64,000 bases of DNA from Puniceicoccaceae bacterium (GCA_040830765.1 JBFOMH010000005.1:320001-384000), one strand, 5' to 3'; shown: positions 9,917 through 20,926, counted from the first letter of the stretch. The notes: a model not told the origin generated them from the sequence alone. Made by a program: numbers and translations.

Positions 9917-10954
9917 ATGACCTCCCGAGAACGATTCCTGAACGCCTTCACTGACCAGACTCCTGACCGACCACCGGTCTGGGTCATGCGACAAGCTGGC
10001 CGTTACCTGCCTGAGTACCGCGCCTTGAAGGAAAAGTACGACTTCCTGACCATGGTCAAGACGCCCGAATTGGCTACTGAGGTCACGTTGCAACCATTGC
10101 AAAGGTACAAGCAACTGGATGCGGCCATCATCTTCAGTGACATCCTCATTGTCCCCGAGGCCATGGGGCTTCCCTACTCTTTCCGGGAACAGGGCGGTAT
10201 TGAGATGGCTGGCTGCATCCGTAGTCACGGGGAAATCGAGGCCCTGGAGCCAACAGCAGTCGCCCAGCGGACCGCCTACATCGCTGACGCCATACGCATG
10301 GTCCGCAAGGAACTGGGCAACTCCAAGGCGGTCCTCGGCTTTGGTGGCTCTCCCTGGACCCTCGGGACCTACATGATCGAGGGCGGTTCCAGCAAGGTCT
10401 ACGAGCATGCCCGCAACATGTTCCTGCATGACCGGCAGAATTTCGACCTCTTGATGGAAAAACTGTGTGAGGGCATTATTGACCTTTTCAAGAGTCAGAT
10501 TGAGGCCGGAGTGGATGCCATCCAGATTTTCGACTCCTGGGCTGCTGCCGCCCCGGAGGGTCATTATTGGGACTGCTCGCTCAAGTGGATCCAGCGGATC
10601 ATCGAGGCCATGCCCGCCTCCACCCCGATCATTCTTTTCGCCAAGGGAATGGCAGACCACCGGGGGGAACTGGTCCAGACAGGGGCCCGCGCCCTTGCGG
10701 CCGACCAATCCATCGATTTGGCCTCCTGGCGGGAGCACCTGCCGCACGACATGACCGTCCAGGGGAATCTGGATCCGGATCTCATGCCTGGCGCACCCGA
10801 GGCAGCTGCGGAAGCCACCCGGGAGTTGCTCTACTCGATGGCTCCCTGGAAGCGCTACATTTTCAATCTCGGCCACGGGATCACCCCTCAGGCCAGGCTG
10901 GAGACGATGCAGGCCGTTCTTGAGACCATCGACAGTGCGGGACAAGCAGAATGA
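9917..10954 (+). CDS. hemE: Uroporphyrinogen decarboxylase
   Basis: PVWVMRQAGRYLPEY, AAIIFSDIL, QGNLDP, FNLGHGI; start at ATG 9917. Confidence 0.97.
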   Translation: MTSRERFLNAFTDQTPDRPPVWVMRQAGRYLPEYRALKEKYDFLTMVKTPELATEVTLQPLQRYKQLDAAIIFSDILIVPEAMGLPYSFREQGGIEMAGCIRSHGEIEALEPTAVAQRTAYIADAIRMVRKELGNSKAVLGFGGSPWTLGTYMIEGGSSKVYEHARNMFLHDRQNFDLLMEKLCEGIIDLFKSQIEAGVDAIQIFDSWAAAAPEGHYWDCSLKWIQRIIEAMPASTPIILFAKGMADHRGELVQTGARALAADQSIDLASWREHLPHDMTVQGNLDPDLMPGAPEAAAEATRELLYSMAPWKRYIFNLGHGITPQARLETMQAVLETIDSAGQAE

Positions 10955-11115
10955 GCGAGTTCAAGGATAACGACGACGCAACCGGGCCTGGAGGCCCGAG
11001 TCCCGTAGACCCTGAGGCCGAGCCACGCAAGCCCTGGCCGCTTTCATGGGTCTTGATCATTGTTTTGACCTATATCGCCCTACAGACGGCCTACTTCCTG
11101 TTCTTCGGGGACTGA
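10951..11115 (+). CDS. Small 54-aa membrane protein (hypothetical)
   Basis: ATGA overlap with hemE stop; MSEFKDNDDATGPGGPSPVDPEAEPRKPWPLSWVLIIVLTYIALQTAYFLFFGD with one C-terminal TM helix. Confidence 0.7.
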   Translation: MSEFKDNDDATGPGGPSPVDPEAEPRKPWPLSWVLIIVLTYIALQTAYFLFFGD

Positions 11116-11235
11116 TTAGCGTATTTACCGTCAAAATTGCGCCTGAATTAAGGAGTCTAATATAATTCTTGATGTCTGGGCCTCAGGGGCTAAACACTTC
11201 CCTCTTGATTTACTAATCATAAACCAGAAAACAAA

Positions 11236-12267
<1,032 letters not shown>

Positions 12268-12297
12268 GCTTTGTTACCCTACTCCTAAATCCAATAG

Positions 12298-12328
12298 GGG
12301 CCGGTTCCGCAAGGAGCCGGCCCTTTTT
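12298..12328 (+). terminator. Rho-independent terminator of fbaA
   Basis: GGGCCGGTTCC-GCAA-GGAGCCGGCCC followed by TTTTT. Confidence 0.85.
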
Positions 12329-12337
12329 GTTGGCAAG

Positions 12338-12392
12338 GGAGTCGGGCCTTCAGGCCCGGTTGCGTCGTGACCGGGCCTGAAGGCCCGACTCC
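12338..12392. repeat. REP/REPIN-like 23-bp perfect inverted repeat
   Basis: GGAGTCGGGCCTTCAGGCCCGGT (12338-12360) / ACCGGGCCTGAAGGCCCGACTCC (12370-12392); each arm is internally palindromic. Confidence 0.7.
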
Positions 12393-12403
12393 TTTTCTAC
12401 CGC

Positions 12404-13063
12404 TCAGTGAAACGAGGCGATCGCCTCCAGCGGCAACTTCTCAATCGCCGGTACGGTGCAACCCTTTGCCGGATAGCCAACGACCAGGAGCAGGAATGGC
12501 TTTTCCTCCGGCGGTCGCCCGAGAATCTGGTTCAGGAACTGCATCGGGCTCGGGGTATGGGTCAGGGTGGCAAGTCCAACCTCATGCAATGCGGCAATCA
12601 GGAATCCCGTCGCAATACCGACGCTTTCCTTCGGGTAATAGGTTTTTCTCTCCTTGCCATCAGGACCGGTCACCTTGGATTTCATGAAGATGGCAACAAG
12701 GGCGGGAGCTGTTTCCAGGAAAGGCTTGTCGGCATCGGTACCCAGGGGAGCCAGCACATCCAACCATTCCTGGGGTGCCCGGCCGCTGTAAAAGGCGCGT
12801 TCCTCTTCCTCAGCAGCAAGGCGGATTTCCCGCTTCTTCTCCGGATTACGCACCACGGCAAAATGCCATGGCTGCAGGTTGGCCCCATTGGGGGCCGTCC
12901 CAGCCGTCAGGATGGCCTTTTCAATAACGCCCTCTGGTATCGGATCCGGTGAAAAATCCCGCACCGTGCGACGCGTCCGCTGCCGGAAATAGATTTCATT
13001 GGCCCGGGCTTGCATGACCGCGGCCGGGAATTCGGGCATCTCAAAGGGAACCTGGTTTTCCAT
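12404..13063 (-). CDS. Nitroreductase-family flavoprotein, iodotyrosine deiodinase-like
   Basis: [29 protein letters not shown]...[26 protein letters not shown]. Confidence 0.85.
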   Translation of the reverse strand: MENQVPFEMPEFPAAVMQARANEIYFRQRTRRTVRDFSPDPIPEGVIEKAILTAGTAPNGANLQPWHFAVVRNPEKKREIRLAAEEEERAFYSGRAPQEWLDVLAPLGTDADKPFLETAPALVAIFMKSKVTGPDGKERKTYYPKESVGIATGFLIAALHEVGLATLTHTPSPMQFLNQILGRPPEEKPFLLLVVGYPAKGCTVPAIEKLPLEAIASFH

Positions 13064-13182
13064 AACTCAGTTTCCTGACAATCCGTGCAGAATCCAAGCA
13101 CCAATTGTGTTCACCGGTCCCGAAAGAAATAGGGAACTTTTATGATTTCATAAGTATTAATCCTTCCTTAGGCTAATTTGAA

Positions 13183-15522
13183 ATGAATACCCGTATCCTT
13201 TCCCTCATTCTCCTTGCCACGCTTTGCGCTGGAACCCTTCCCGCTGGCACGTCCAGTCTTGTCTACTACAACTCCAGCAATGAACTGGAGTACGCGCCCT
13301 ATGCGAACCGGGGCCAGAGCAACTTGGAAAACCACCTCCCCGACTTCTCCCACAGTGGTTACATGGGTGGCGGCGTGGCGCTGCCTGACGTGCCGATCGT
13401 GATGATCCTGGAGCCAGTGGAGGGCGACAACCACGCTCATATCCAGGGGACAATTGACACAGTGGCAGGCTTCCCCCTCAACGAGTCCGGGTTTCGGGGA
13501 GCCATCCTTCTCAAGGCCGGGCTCTATCCAATCAGTCAATCACTCAACATCTCCAGCAGTGGCATCGTCCTCCGCGGAGAGGGCCAATATCCTGCCCAAA
13601 GCGGGGGAACTGAACTGTATGCGACGGGAACGGAGCAGTATGACCTTGTCCGTTTTACCGGAAGCTCATCGACGCGCATCACTGGTTCGACCACGGTCAT
13701 TACGGATGAATTTGTCGGCAGCGGGGCCACAAGCTTTACCGTCGGGGATGCCTCGGGCTTGGCGGTTGGCGACCTTATCCGGATCACCATGAAGCCCAAC
13801 AGCGATTGGATCGACTTGCTGGGCACCGCCCAGTACGGTTGGACCCCGGACTCCTATGAACTGAAATACGAGCGGTTCATCACAGCCATCGAAGGAAATC
13901 TGGTCACGGTCCATGCGCCCCTGGTGCAACCTATCGAGCAGCGCTATGGGGGAGCAGAGGTTGTCGGCATTGATCCCTTTGGCCGGATTTCCCAATGCGG
14001 CATCGAGAATCTCTGGATGCGCTCTGCTTATACTTCCGCGACCGACGAGAGCCATGCCTGGAGCGCGGTACGTTTTCAGCAGACCGATGATTGCTGGGCC
14101 AGGAACATAACCGCTCAGCACTTCGGATACGCCTGCGTGATCCTTGAATATGCCAACTACACAACCGTGCAGGACTCTGCCATGTTGGATCCCATTTCTC
14201 AAATCACCGGGGGCCGGCGGTATTCCTTCAATATCAACAATGGCTCATTCAACCTGTTCCAGCGCTGCTATGCCCGTGGCGGACGCCATGATGCCGTGAC
14301 TGGCAGCCGGGTCGCCGGACCAAACACTTTCCTCGATGTGCTGGGGGAGAGCAACTACAGCAACAGCGGGCCCCATCACCGGCACGCCACCGGATCGCTT
14401 TTTGACCGCGTTGTCCTCACCGGAAGCGCAGGCATTGACGTGGAGAACCGTAAATCTTCCGGGACCGGTCACGGGTGGGCGGGAGCGCAGACCGTCTTCT
14501 GGAACTGTATCGCCGCCTCGTCGGTCTGCGATGCCCCACCCGGCCAGATGAATTTCAACATTGGCTTCACCGGTGCCGAAAAGGAGGGATTCTGGGGACC
14601 TGAAGAGCCTCCGGGAATCTGGGAGTCGCAGGACAACCCGATCGATCGGCCCCATAGCCTCTATCTTGGGCAACTGGAGGCTCGTCTCGGGACGGAGGCG
14701 GTTGAGGCCATCGCCACGGAGCCCCAGCTTGCCGGAGACATGGATTACTTCCTCAGGGAGTGGGCTGGGATGGGCCCCCTTGCCACCACCTATGATGAAC
14801 TTTGCCAAACCGGAAGAAGCTTCTTCGGGGGATGCCGTAGCGACGAAAGGGATACATTCTTTGGATTGCTGACCGACATGCACATGTATGATCATCACCA
14901 GGGCTACCTTTATCGCTACGACGACAACCGCTGGTTCTGGCTCTATTACGGATCCAACCATGACAGCCTCTTCCTCTGGAGCTTCACCGACGGCAGTTAC
15001 CACTGGACCGGAAAGGCCTATCTGCCCTGGTACTGGGATTACAAGAACGGCCAATGGGGCTCTTACGAAACCAATGAGCCGGAGGTCATTGAGTTGCTCC
15101 AGAACGGGGATTTTGAAAATGGAACCAGCCCCTGGAACCTCTACGCCGGAAATGGAGCCAGTGCCAATCTGGCCAACATCGATGGCGAGGCCCAGGTGAC
15201 AATTACCGTACCAAGCGATACCCACCATCACATCCAGCTCCGGCAGACCGGGATAAACCTCGAAAACGGCAAGTCCTACAAAGTGACCTTCAAGGCCCGG
15301 GCGGAGGCCGCACGGGGCATCCGTGCCGAGCTGATGCTCAACGTCTCGCCCTTCAGCAACTACGCCCGCGAAATCCTTACCATCACCGAGTCCATGACGG
15401 AGTATTCCTTCACCTTCAGGATGAACAGTCCTAGTGACGCCAACGCCCGTTTCCGCTTTACCCTTGGCGGTGACAGCACCACCGCCTACTTCGACGATGT
15501 CAGTGTCGTCGCGACTGATTAA
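13183..15522 (+). CDS. Secreted beta-helix (pectin-lyase-fold) glycan-active protein with C-terminal CBM4_9-like domain
   Basis: Signal peptide; PDFSHSGY..GG, IQGTID..GAILLKAGLY..SGIVLRGEG beta-helix start; C-terminal LLQNGDFE...W...GKSYKVTFKARA...YFDDVSV. Confidence 0.75.
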   Translation: MNTRILSLILLATLCAGTLPAGTSSLVYYNSSNELEYAPYANRGQSNLENHLPDFSHSGYMGGGVALPDVPIVMILEPVEGDNHAHIQGTIDTVAGFPLNESGFRGAILLKAGLYPISQSLNISSSGIVLRGEGQYPAQSGGTELYATGTEQYDLVRFTGSSSTRITGSTTVITDEFVGSGATSFTVGDASGLAVGDLIRITMKPNSDWIDLLGTAQYGWTPDSYELKYERFITAIEGNLVTVHAPLVQPIEQRYGGAEVVGIDPFGRISQCGIENLWMRSAYTSATDESHAWSAVRFQQTDDCWARNITAQHFGYACVILEYANYTTVQDSAMLDPISQITGGRRYSFNINNGSFNLFQRCYARGGRHDAVTGSRVAGPNTFLDVLGESNYSNSGPHHRHATGSLFDRVVLTGSAGIDVENRKSSGTGHGWAGAQTVFWNCIAASSVCDAPPGQMNFNIGFTGAEKEGFWGPEEPPGIWESQDNPIDRPHSLYLGQLEARLGTEAVEAIATEPQLAGDMDYFLREWAGMGPLATTYDELCQTGRSFFGGCRSDERDTFFGLLTDMHMYDHHQGYLYRYDDNRWFWLYYGSNHDSLFLWSFTDGSYHWTGKAYLPWYWDYKNGQWGSYETNEPEVIELLQNGDFENGTSPWNLYAGNGASANLANIDGEAQVTITVPSDTHHHIQLRQTGINLENGKSYKVTFKARAEAARGIRAELMLNVSPFSNYAREILTITESMTEYSFTFRMNSPSDANARFRFTLGGDSTTAYFDDVSVVATD

Positions 15523-15677
15523 TGAGTAATCCGGGATCCTGCAGTCCAATCCGGGTAAATTGAATATTTGATTTCCCTCCATCAGCCCCGCGGTATTTCG
15601 GCATGGATCATGCCACCTCCAAATGCATCACTGGTTTACTCTTGCCAGCACCGCTTAACTATCATTTTAATACCATT

Positions 15678-15908
15678 ATGAAAGCAATTCACATCCGCGA
15701 TCTTTCGGAAGAGACGCTGGCGGGCCTGAAGCGGCGTGCGGCGCGGCACCGGCGTTCGCTGCAGAAGGAGGCACAGATCATCCTCGAGGAAGCGGCACGG
15801 ATGCAGGAAACCGGGGAGGACAAGCGGGAACTGCGGTTACACCGAGTCAACACAGGCCGGCGGGGGAGCTGGAAGCGGGAGGAGATGTATGGCGAAGACG
15901 GACGATAG
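15678..15908 (+). CDS. FitA/Arc-like ribbon-helix-helix antitoxin
   Basis: MKAIHIRDLSEETLAGLKRRAARHRRSLQKE; overlaps the downstream PIN gene. Confidence 0.85.
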   Translation: MKAIHIRDLSEETLAGLKRRAARHRRSLQKEAQIILEEAARMQETGEDKRELRLHRVNTGRRGSWKREEMYGEDGR

Positions 15909-16332
15909 GCTACGGTTTGTGGACACCAACATCCTCCTCGCAGCAACTGACGAGAGCCGGACCCACCACGACAAGTCCCTCGCCCTGCTGGAAAAAGGAT
16001 TGAGCGGGGAAAAGAGCCTTTTTTTCAGTGGCCAGGTACTGCGGGAATACCTTGTCGTCGGGACCCGGCCGGTTGAAGCAAACGGGCTGGGCCTCACTCC
16101 GGCCGAGGCCCTTGCCAACATCAGGGAATTCAACCGCTGCGGGATGGTCCTTGACGAGACCCGGACGGTTGCCAGCCAGTTGCAGAAGCTGGTGGAAAAG
16201 CATCAATTAAGCGGCAAGCGGATTCATGATGCCAACATTGTCGCCGTCATGCTGGTCAACGGAATGAAGACAGTGGCGACCGACAATGAAGAGGACTTCA
16301 GCGGCTTTCCGGAAGTCCATATTGAATGGTAA
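15889..16332 (+). CDS. PIN-domain (VapC/FitB-like) toxin
   Basis: FVDTNILL, QVLREY, RIHDANIVA, TDNEEDF acidic tetrad. Confidence 0.9.
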   Translation: MAKTDDRLRFVDTNILLAATDESRTHHDKSLALLEKGLSGEKSLFFSGQVLREYLVVGTRPVEANGLGLTPAEALANIREFNRCGMVLDETRTVASQLQKLVEKHQLSGKRIHDANIVAVMLVNGMKTVATDNEEDFSGFPEVHIEW

Positions 16333-16413
16333 GCTCCGCCGCAATAGATCACGATGGGACTTTCCACTAAGGGCTGAAGAACAGCCCAAGATACTGAGAA
16401 GACCTTTCTTCCC

Positions 16414-16998
16414 TTAATCGTGCAGGGCTGCCTTCATCGCTTTGACATCCACGTAGTCGGGGGCCATCAGGAAGCCATCGATTTCGCCGATGTATTCCGT
16501 AGCCACGGGAATGCCAGAGCTGACGTCCACCACCCCTTCCATGTAGACGTTCTGGGTGATCACCAGTCCGGCCAGCGGACCGCTCCAGAAGACACCGGCA
16601 AGCGTGATATGCCCGTTGTAGGCTATCTCCAGTGGCGGCGAGAGGTTCAGGCCGTAGTAAGTAGCACTGACCATGCCCACCGGATCGGTTGACAGGTCGC
16701 CCAGGTACAATAGCGCCGATGCGCGACCGAAGAATCCGCCGAAGGGCGGAACTTCCAGCATGTCCATGGAGCCATTGAACTCCATGTAGAGAATCAACCC
16801 TTCCACCTGCAGCGACGGAATGTCGAGCTCCTGCTTTGAGGTGAAGCTGGTCCATCCGGGTGTCGGCAGGACTTCGAGATATTCCATTCCGGAAATCCGC
16901 ATATGCCGTGAACCCGTTCCCGGCGGGATGGCGCTCAGCACAGTACTCAAGAAAATGACTGCAAGCGCAGCCATGTGTGTCTTTTTGACGATTATCAT
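16414..16998 (-). CDS. Hypothetical secreted protein
   Basis: Open frame with signal-peptide-like N-terminus (KKTHMAALAVIFLSTVLSA); start uncertain. Confidence 0.6.
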   Translation of the reverse strand: MIIVKKTHMAALAVIFLSTVLSAIPPGTGSRHMRISGMEYLEVLPTPGWTSFTSKQELDIPSLQVEGLILYMEFNGSMDMLEVPPFGGFFGRASALLYLGDLSTDPVGMVSATYYGLNLSPPLEIAYNGHITLAGVFWSGPLAGLVITQNVYMEGVVDVSSGIPVATEYIGEIDGFLMAPDYVDVKAMKAALHD

Positions 16999-17307
16999 AA
17001 TTCCCTCCAATTTCTACAGCCCCCCAATGAGCTGCGCGCAGAGGGTATATTTACCGGAAATTTTTGTCAAAAAGATCAGAGAGCTAAAAGAGCTTTTTTC
17101 AGGAAACCTTATCGAAAGAATTAGGTCAAAACAGGTTCTCCAGATCAACAGACGGAGCAACCAACAAGGTCTCTTTATTTCATTTTATTTCAGCAAAATA
17201 TGTTCGCATTTACATAAGCATAACCATCAAATCGGCTCGAAAAACCTGTAATTAACTCAATTCCAGCACTATTAATTTCATTTTCTTCATTTCTATTTCA
17301 AAGAATC

Positions 17308-20300
17308 ATGCACTCTAAAACCCCATTCGCCTCACTATTAATCGTCTTGCTCCTGTGCTCCACTTCCCTCCTCGGGAACGTCATCATCTCCGAATTTGAC
17401 GCCACCAACTGCGGCACGGCCTCGGACGAGGACGGAAGCGAGCGGGACTGGATTGAGTTGCGCAACACCGGTGGCAGCAGCGTAAACCTTGCTGGCTGGG
17501 CACTTAGCGATGACGCTACCGATCCCGGAAAATGGATTTTCCCCTCCACAACCCTTGCCTCCGGCCAGCACCTGCTGGTCTTCGCTTCGGACAAGAACTG
17601 GCAACTTTCCGGCTACGAACTGCACACCAATTTCAAGCTGGCCGGTAACGGGGGTGACATCCTCCTTAGCCGGCCGGACGGGGCCGGCGGCTGGATTGCC
17701 GAGCATACTATCCTGGCTTACCCGCCACAGCTTCCATTGGTCACCTATGGCTATGCCAATGGAGACGGTACAGGAAGCCTCGGCTTTATCGAGACGCCAA
17801 CACCAGGGACGCTCAATGGTCCGGATATCGTCCAGGCATTTGTCAGCGATACCGATTTTGACCAAACACGCGGTTATTACAACACGCCTTTCAACCTGAC
17901 CATCACCTCAGCAACACCCGGTGCGCACATCATCTACACCACCGACGGCAGCGAACCGTCGATGAACAACGGGACCCTGGTGCCGGCAGCCAGCGAGCAG
18001 CTTCAGCCCGTCGCCATTATTCCCATAACAACGACCACCATCGTCCGGGCGCGGGCCATGAAGGCGGGTCTGGGTTCGACCAATATCGACACCCACACTT
18101 ATCTCTTCGCTGCCGATGTCCTCAACCAGAGCGGGGCCGACATCTCCCAGCCCTATGCCGACTGGGGCCATAGCGGACCCGACTGGGACATGGATCCGGT
18201 TGTGACCACCCATTCCAATCCCGAAGACCGCTGCGTACCGGAAGACCTCATGACCATCCCGGCCGTCTCTGTCGTCATGAACTGGAACGACCTTTTCGGC
18301 ACGGAAGGCCCCGGCATCTACATTGAGGGGGAAGGCGTTCCCAAGCGGGCCTCCTTCGAACTCCTCAACCCGGATGGAAACGATGCCGACCCGAACCTTT
18401 CTCCTGCCGAGCATGGGCGCGGCGTGGCCCTGGTCTTTGGCGGCTCCAGCACTGGCAAGCGCTGGAAGACCGATAAGCTCTCCCTCCGTTTCAACTTCTG
18501 GCAGGATTTCGACAGCAACGTCCTCGGTCCGGGCGCCACCGGCAGCTACGATCGCCTGGTCCTTGATGCCCGCTTGAACCAGGTCTGGACACAATCGCAG
18601 AACTTTGAGCAACGGCAGTTTGCCGACTATGCCCGGGACGCTGTGTTGAGTGACCTGGAGAACTCAATCGGCCGGGCCGGTGTCCATAGCCAGCACGTGC
18701 ACCTCTTCCTCAATGGCTTGTATTGGGGAATCTATACATTGCATGAGCGGCCGGACAATCACTTCGCGGCCGACTACCTCGGCGGCAGCAAGGACGATTA
18801 TGACGTCGTCAAGCACGGTCCGGATGCGCCCAATTTCCTGGTCGACGGACTGCGCATTAATCCGGCGGCACCGATCTCCAATTCCAATTACACCGCCGGG
18901 GTCAACTACCTCAACATGGTCAGCCTGACCCAGCCCGACCTCAGCCAACCGGCCAACTACGCCGCCCTGGCCCAGGTCCTCGACATTCCCGCCCTTGTTG
19001 ATCACATGCTCCTCAACTTTTACGGCGGCAACTACGACTGGCCCCAGCATAACTGGTACGCCACCTACAACCGCAAGGATCCCGAGGGCAAGTGGCGCTT
19101 CCATTCCTGGGATGCCGAGCATGTCTTCAAGTACGTCGACTATCCGCGCTACGACAACGAGACGACCAAGTTCGAAGGCTGGGACCGGCCCGACGGGATC
19201 CACCTGCAACTGCTGGACAGCCCGGAATACCGCTTTCTTTTCGCGGATACCGCCCACAAGTACCTGTTCAATGACGGGGCCTTCGCCGTTACCAAGGTCT
19301 GGGCGCTCTTTGAAAATCGGTTTGACGATATCGACGAGGCAATCCGTGCGGAATCCGCCCGTTGGGGTGACAGTGGACAGCAGAACATCGACCCGTCCAA
19401 TCCTCTCTACCAGGAACGACACCTCCGCTATTCCAATATTCCCAGTTCCGTTCCCAGCAGTTGGGTCGGCCGGAGCGACACCACTGACTTTGCCTCCTGG
19501 TGGCACGAGCGGGAGCGCATCCGGACTAAAATCCTCGGCCCGGAACCCAATCGCCGCACGCGCTTTATTGGCCAGTTGCGCAACGCCGTCTACAACGAGG
19601 ACCATCCGCTCGGCAACCAGCCGAATCCTCTTTACCCAATGACAGACGCACCCGTCTTTGGCCAGCATGGGGGAATTGTTGAGCCGGGATACGCCTTGAC
19701 GATGGCCAATCCCAACAGCGGCGGTATCATCTATTTCACTACAGATGGATCGGATCCCCGCGAACCCTATTCGGATACGGGAACCTTCTTTTCCGGCGCG
19801 GTCAACTCCACGGCAACGGCCTATGCCGGAGCTGTCTCTCTCGACGCCACTACCCGCGTCAAGGCCCGGGTTCTCAACAACGGGGAATGGAGCGCCCTCA
19901 ATGAGGCAGTCTTCAACATTTCCGGTACGACGACCGTACCAGCCAGCGCAGCCAACCTCGTGATCTCGGAAATCCACTACCATCCGTCCGATGCCAGCCT
20001 TGACGAACTCAACGCCGGCTTCACCGATGATGGCGAATTCGAGTACTTTGAGGTGTTGAATTTCAGCAACCAGACGGTTTCCCTCCTCGGCCTCTCCGTC
20101 GAGCAGGGACTCGACATCGCCACCTCCATTGGCGACATCGAGGAACTGGCACCCGGGGCGTACGCGGTCTATGTCGCCAATCCTGCGGCCTTTGCCTACC
20201 GCTATGGGCAGGGCCATCCGATTGCGGGTCGTTTCGCTTTTGATACCTCCCTCAACAACGGTGGCGAGCGCCTCCACCTGCTCGACGCACTCGGTTCAAC

Positions 20301-20901
20301 AATTGTTGATCTGACCTATGATGACCGGACCCCGTGGCCGATCACCCCTGATGGTTATGGGCCGTCCATGGTCCTTGTTCAACCGGGACACCGCGATCCG
20401 ACAATGGGATGGAACTGGCGGGCCAGCGTGGATACCGGCGGCACCCCGGGAGCGGATGCAGCCTACCTGACTTACGAGGACTGGGCGGATACCTACTTCC
20501 ATCCGGATGATCCCGGTTACCCGCTCATCAAGGAACCCGAGCAGGATCCAGACCAGGATGGCATGACCAATCTGGAGGAACTTTTCTTCGGCACCGATCC
20601 CGGCATACCCACATTCGGAACCGGTGGGATCCAGATGGGAATTGAATCCGTCGATACGGGAACCGGACCTCGTCCGCATATAGTGGTCACGCTTGAGTTC
20701 AATCGCCTTGCCGAAGAGGTCTACTTCTTCCTTATGGCCTCCACGGACCTATCCTCCTGGAGTGACTCCGGCTTCGTCCTTTATGGCGTGCCACAGGTTC
20801 TTCCCGGAGGCAGTGAGATCCACCGGTACCGGTCCATTTTGCCCCTTGAAGGGTCCCTTGAACGGCTCTTCTTCCAACTGTCGCTTGAGCTGAACAACTA
20901 A
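17308..20901 (+). CDS. Secreted lamin-tail-domain / CotH-kinase-like / Fn3-associated multidomain protein
   Basis: VIISEF...DWIEL.N and LVISEIHYHP...EYFEV (LTD); IIYTTDGSEP and IYFTTDGSDP (Fn3-associated); HLFLNGLYWGIY.LHER, DWPQHNW, WDAE (CotH); C-terminal DPDQDGMTNLEE..GTDP. Confidence 0.85.
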   Translation: MHSKTPFASLLIVLLLCSTSLLGNVIISEFDATNCGTASDEDGSERDWIELRNTGGSSVNLAGWALSDDATDPGKWIFPSTTLASGQHLLVFASDKNWQLSGYELHTNFKLAGNGGDILLSRPDGAGGWIAEHTILAYPPQLPLVTYGYANGDGTGSLGFIETPTPGTLNGPDIVQAFVSDTDFDQTRGYYNTPFNLTITSATPGAHIIYTTDGSEPSMNNGTLVPAASEQLQPVAIIPITTTTIVRARAMKAGLGSTNIDTHTYLFAADVLNQSGADISQPYADWGHSGPDWDMDPVVTTHSNPEDRCVPEDLMTIPAVSVVMNWNDLFGTEGPGIYIEGEGVPKRASFELLNPDGNDADPNLSPAEHGRGVALVFGGSSTGKRWKTDKLSLRFNFWQDFDSNVLGPGATGSYDRLVLDARLNQVWTQSQNFEQRQFADYARDAVLSDLENSIGRAGVHSQHVHLFLNGLYWGIYTLHERPDNHFAADYLGGSKDDYDVVKHGPDAPNFLVDGLRINPAAPISNSNYTAGVNYLNMVSLTQPDLSQPANYAALAQVLDIPALVDHMLLNFYGGNYDWPQHNWYATYNRKDPEGKWRFHSWDAEHVFKYVDYPRYDNETTKFEGWDRPDGIHLQLLDSPEYRFLFADTAHKYLFNDGAFAVTKVWALFENRFDDIDEAIRAESARWGDSGQQNIDPSNPLYQERHLRYSNIPSSVPSSWVGRSDTTDFASWWHERERIRTKILGPEPNRRTRFIGQLRNAVYNEDHPLGNQPNPLYPMTDAPVFGQHGGIVEPGYALTMANPNSGGIIYFTTDGSDPREPYSDTGTFFSGAVNSTATAYAGAVSLDATTRVKARVLNNGEWSALNEAVFNISGTTTVPASAANLVISEIHYHPSDASLDELNAGFTDDGEFEYFEVLNFSNQTVSLLGLSVEQGLDIATSIGDIEELAPGAYAVYVANPAAFAYRYGQGHPIAGRFAFDTSLNNGGERLHLLDALGSTIVDLTYDDRTPWPITPDGYGPSMVLVQPGHRDPTMGWNWRASVDTGGTPGADAAYLTYEDWADTYFHPDDPGYPLIKEPEQDPDQDGMTNLEELFFGTDPGIPTFGTGGIQMGIESVDTGTGPRPHIVVTLEFNRLAEEVYFFLMASTDLSSWSDSGFVLYGVPQVLPGGSEIHRYRSILPLEGSLERLFFQLSLELNN

Positions 20902-20926
20902 AGTCCGGTATAGATTCCGGAAAATA

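Noticed and set aside
16922..16931. GGCGGGATGG match to the tRNA-Asp 3' end as a possible att site
   Set aside because: Only 10 nt, inside a coding region, with no integrase nearby.
17011..17307. AT-rich spacer as a possible CRISPR leader or array
   Set aside because: No regularly spaced direct repeats and no cas genes; it is a divergent promoter region.
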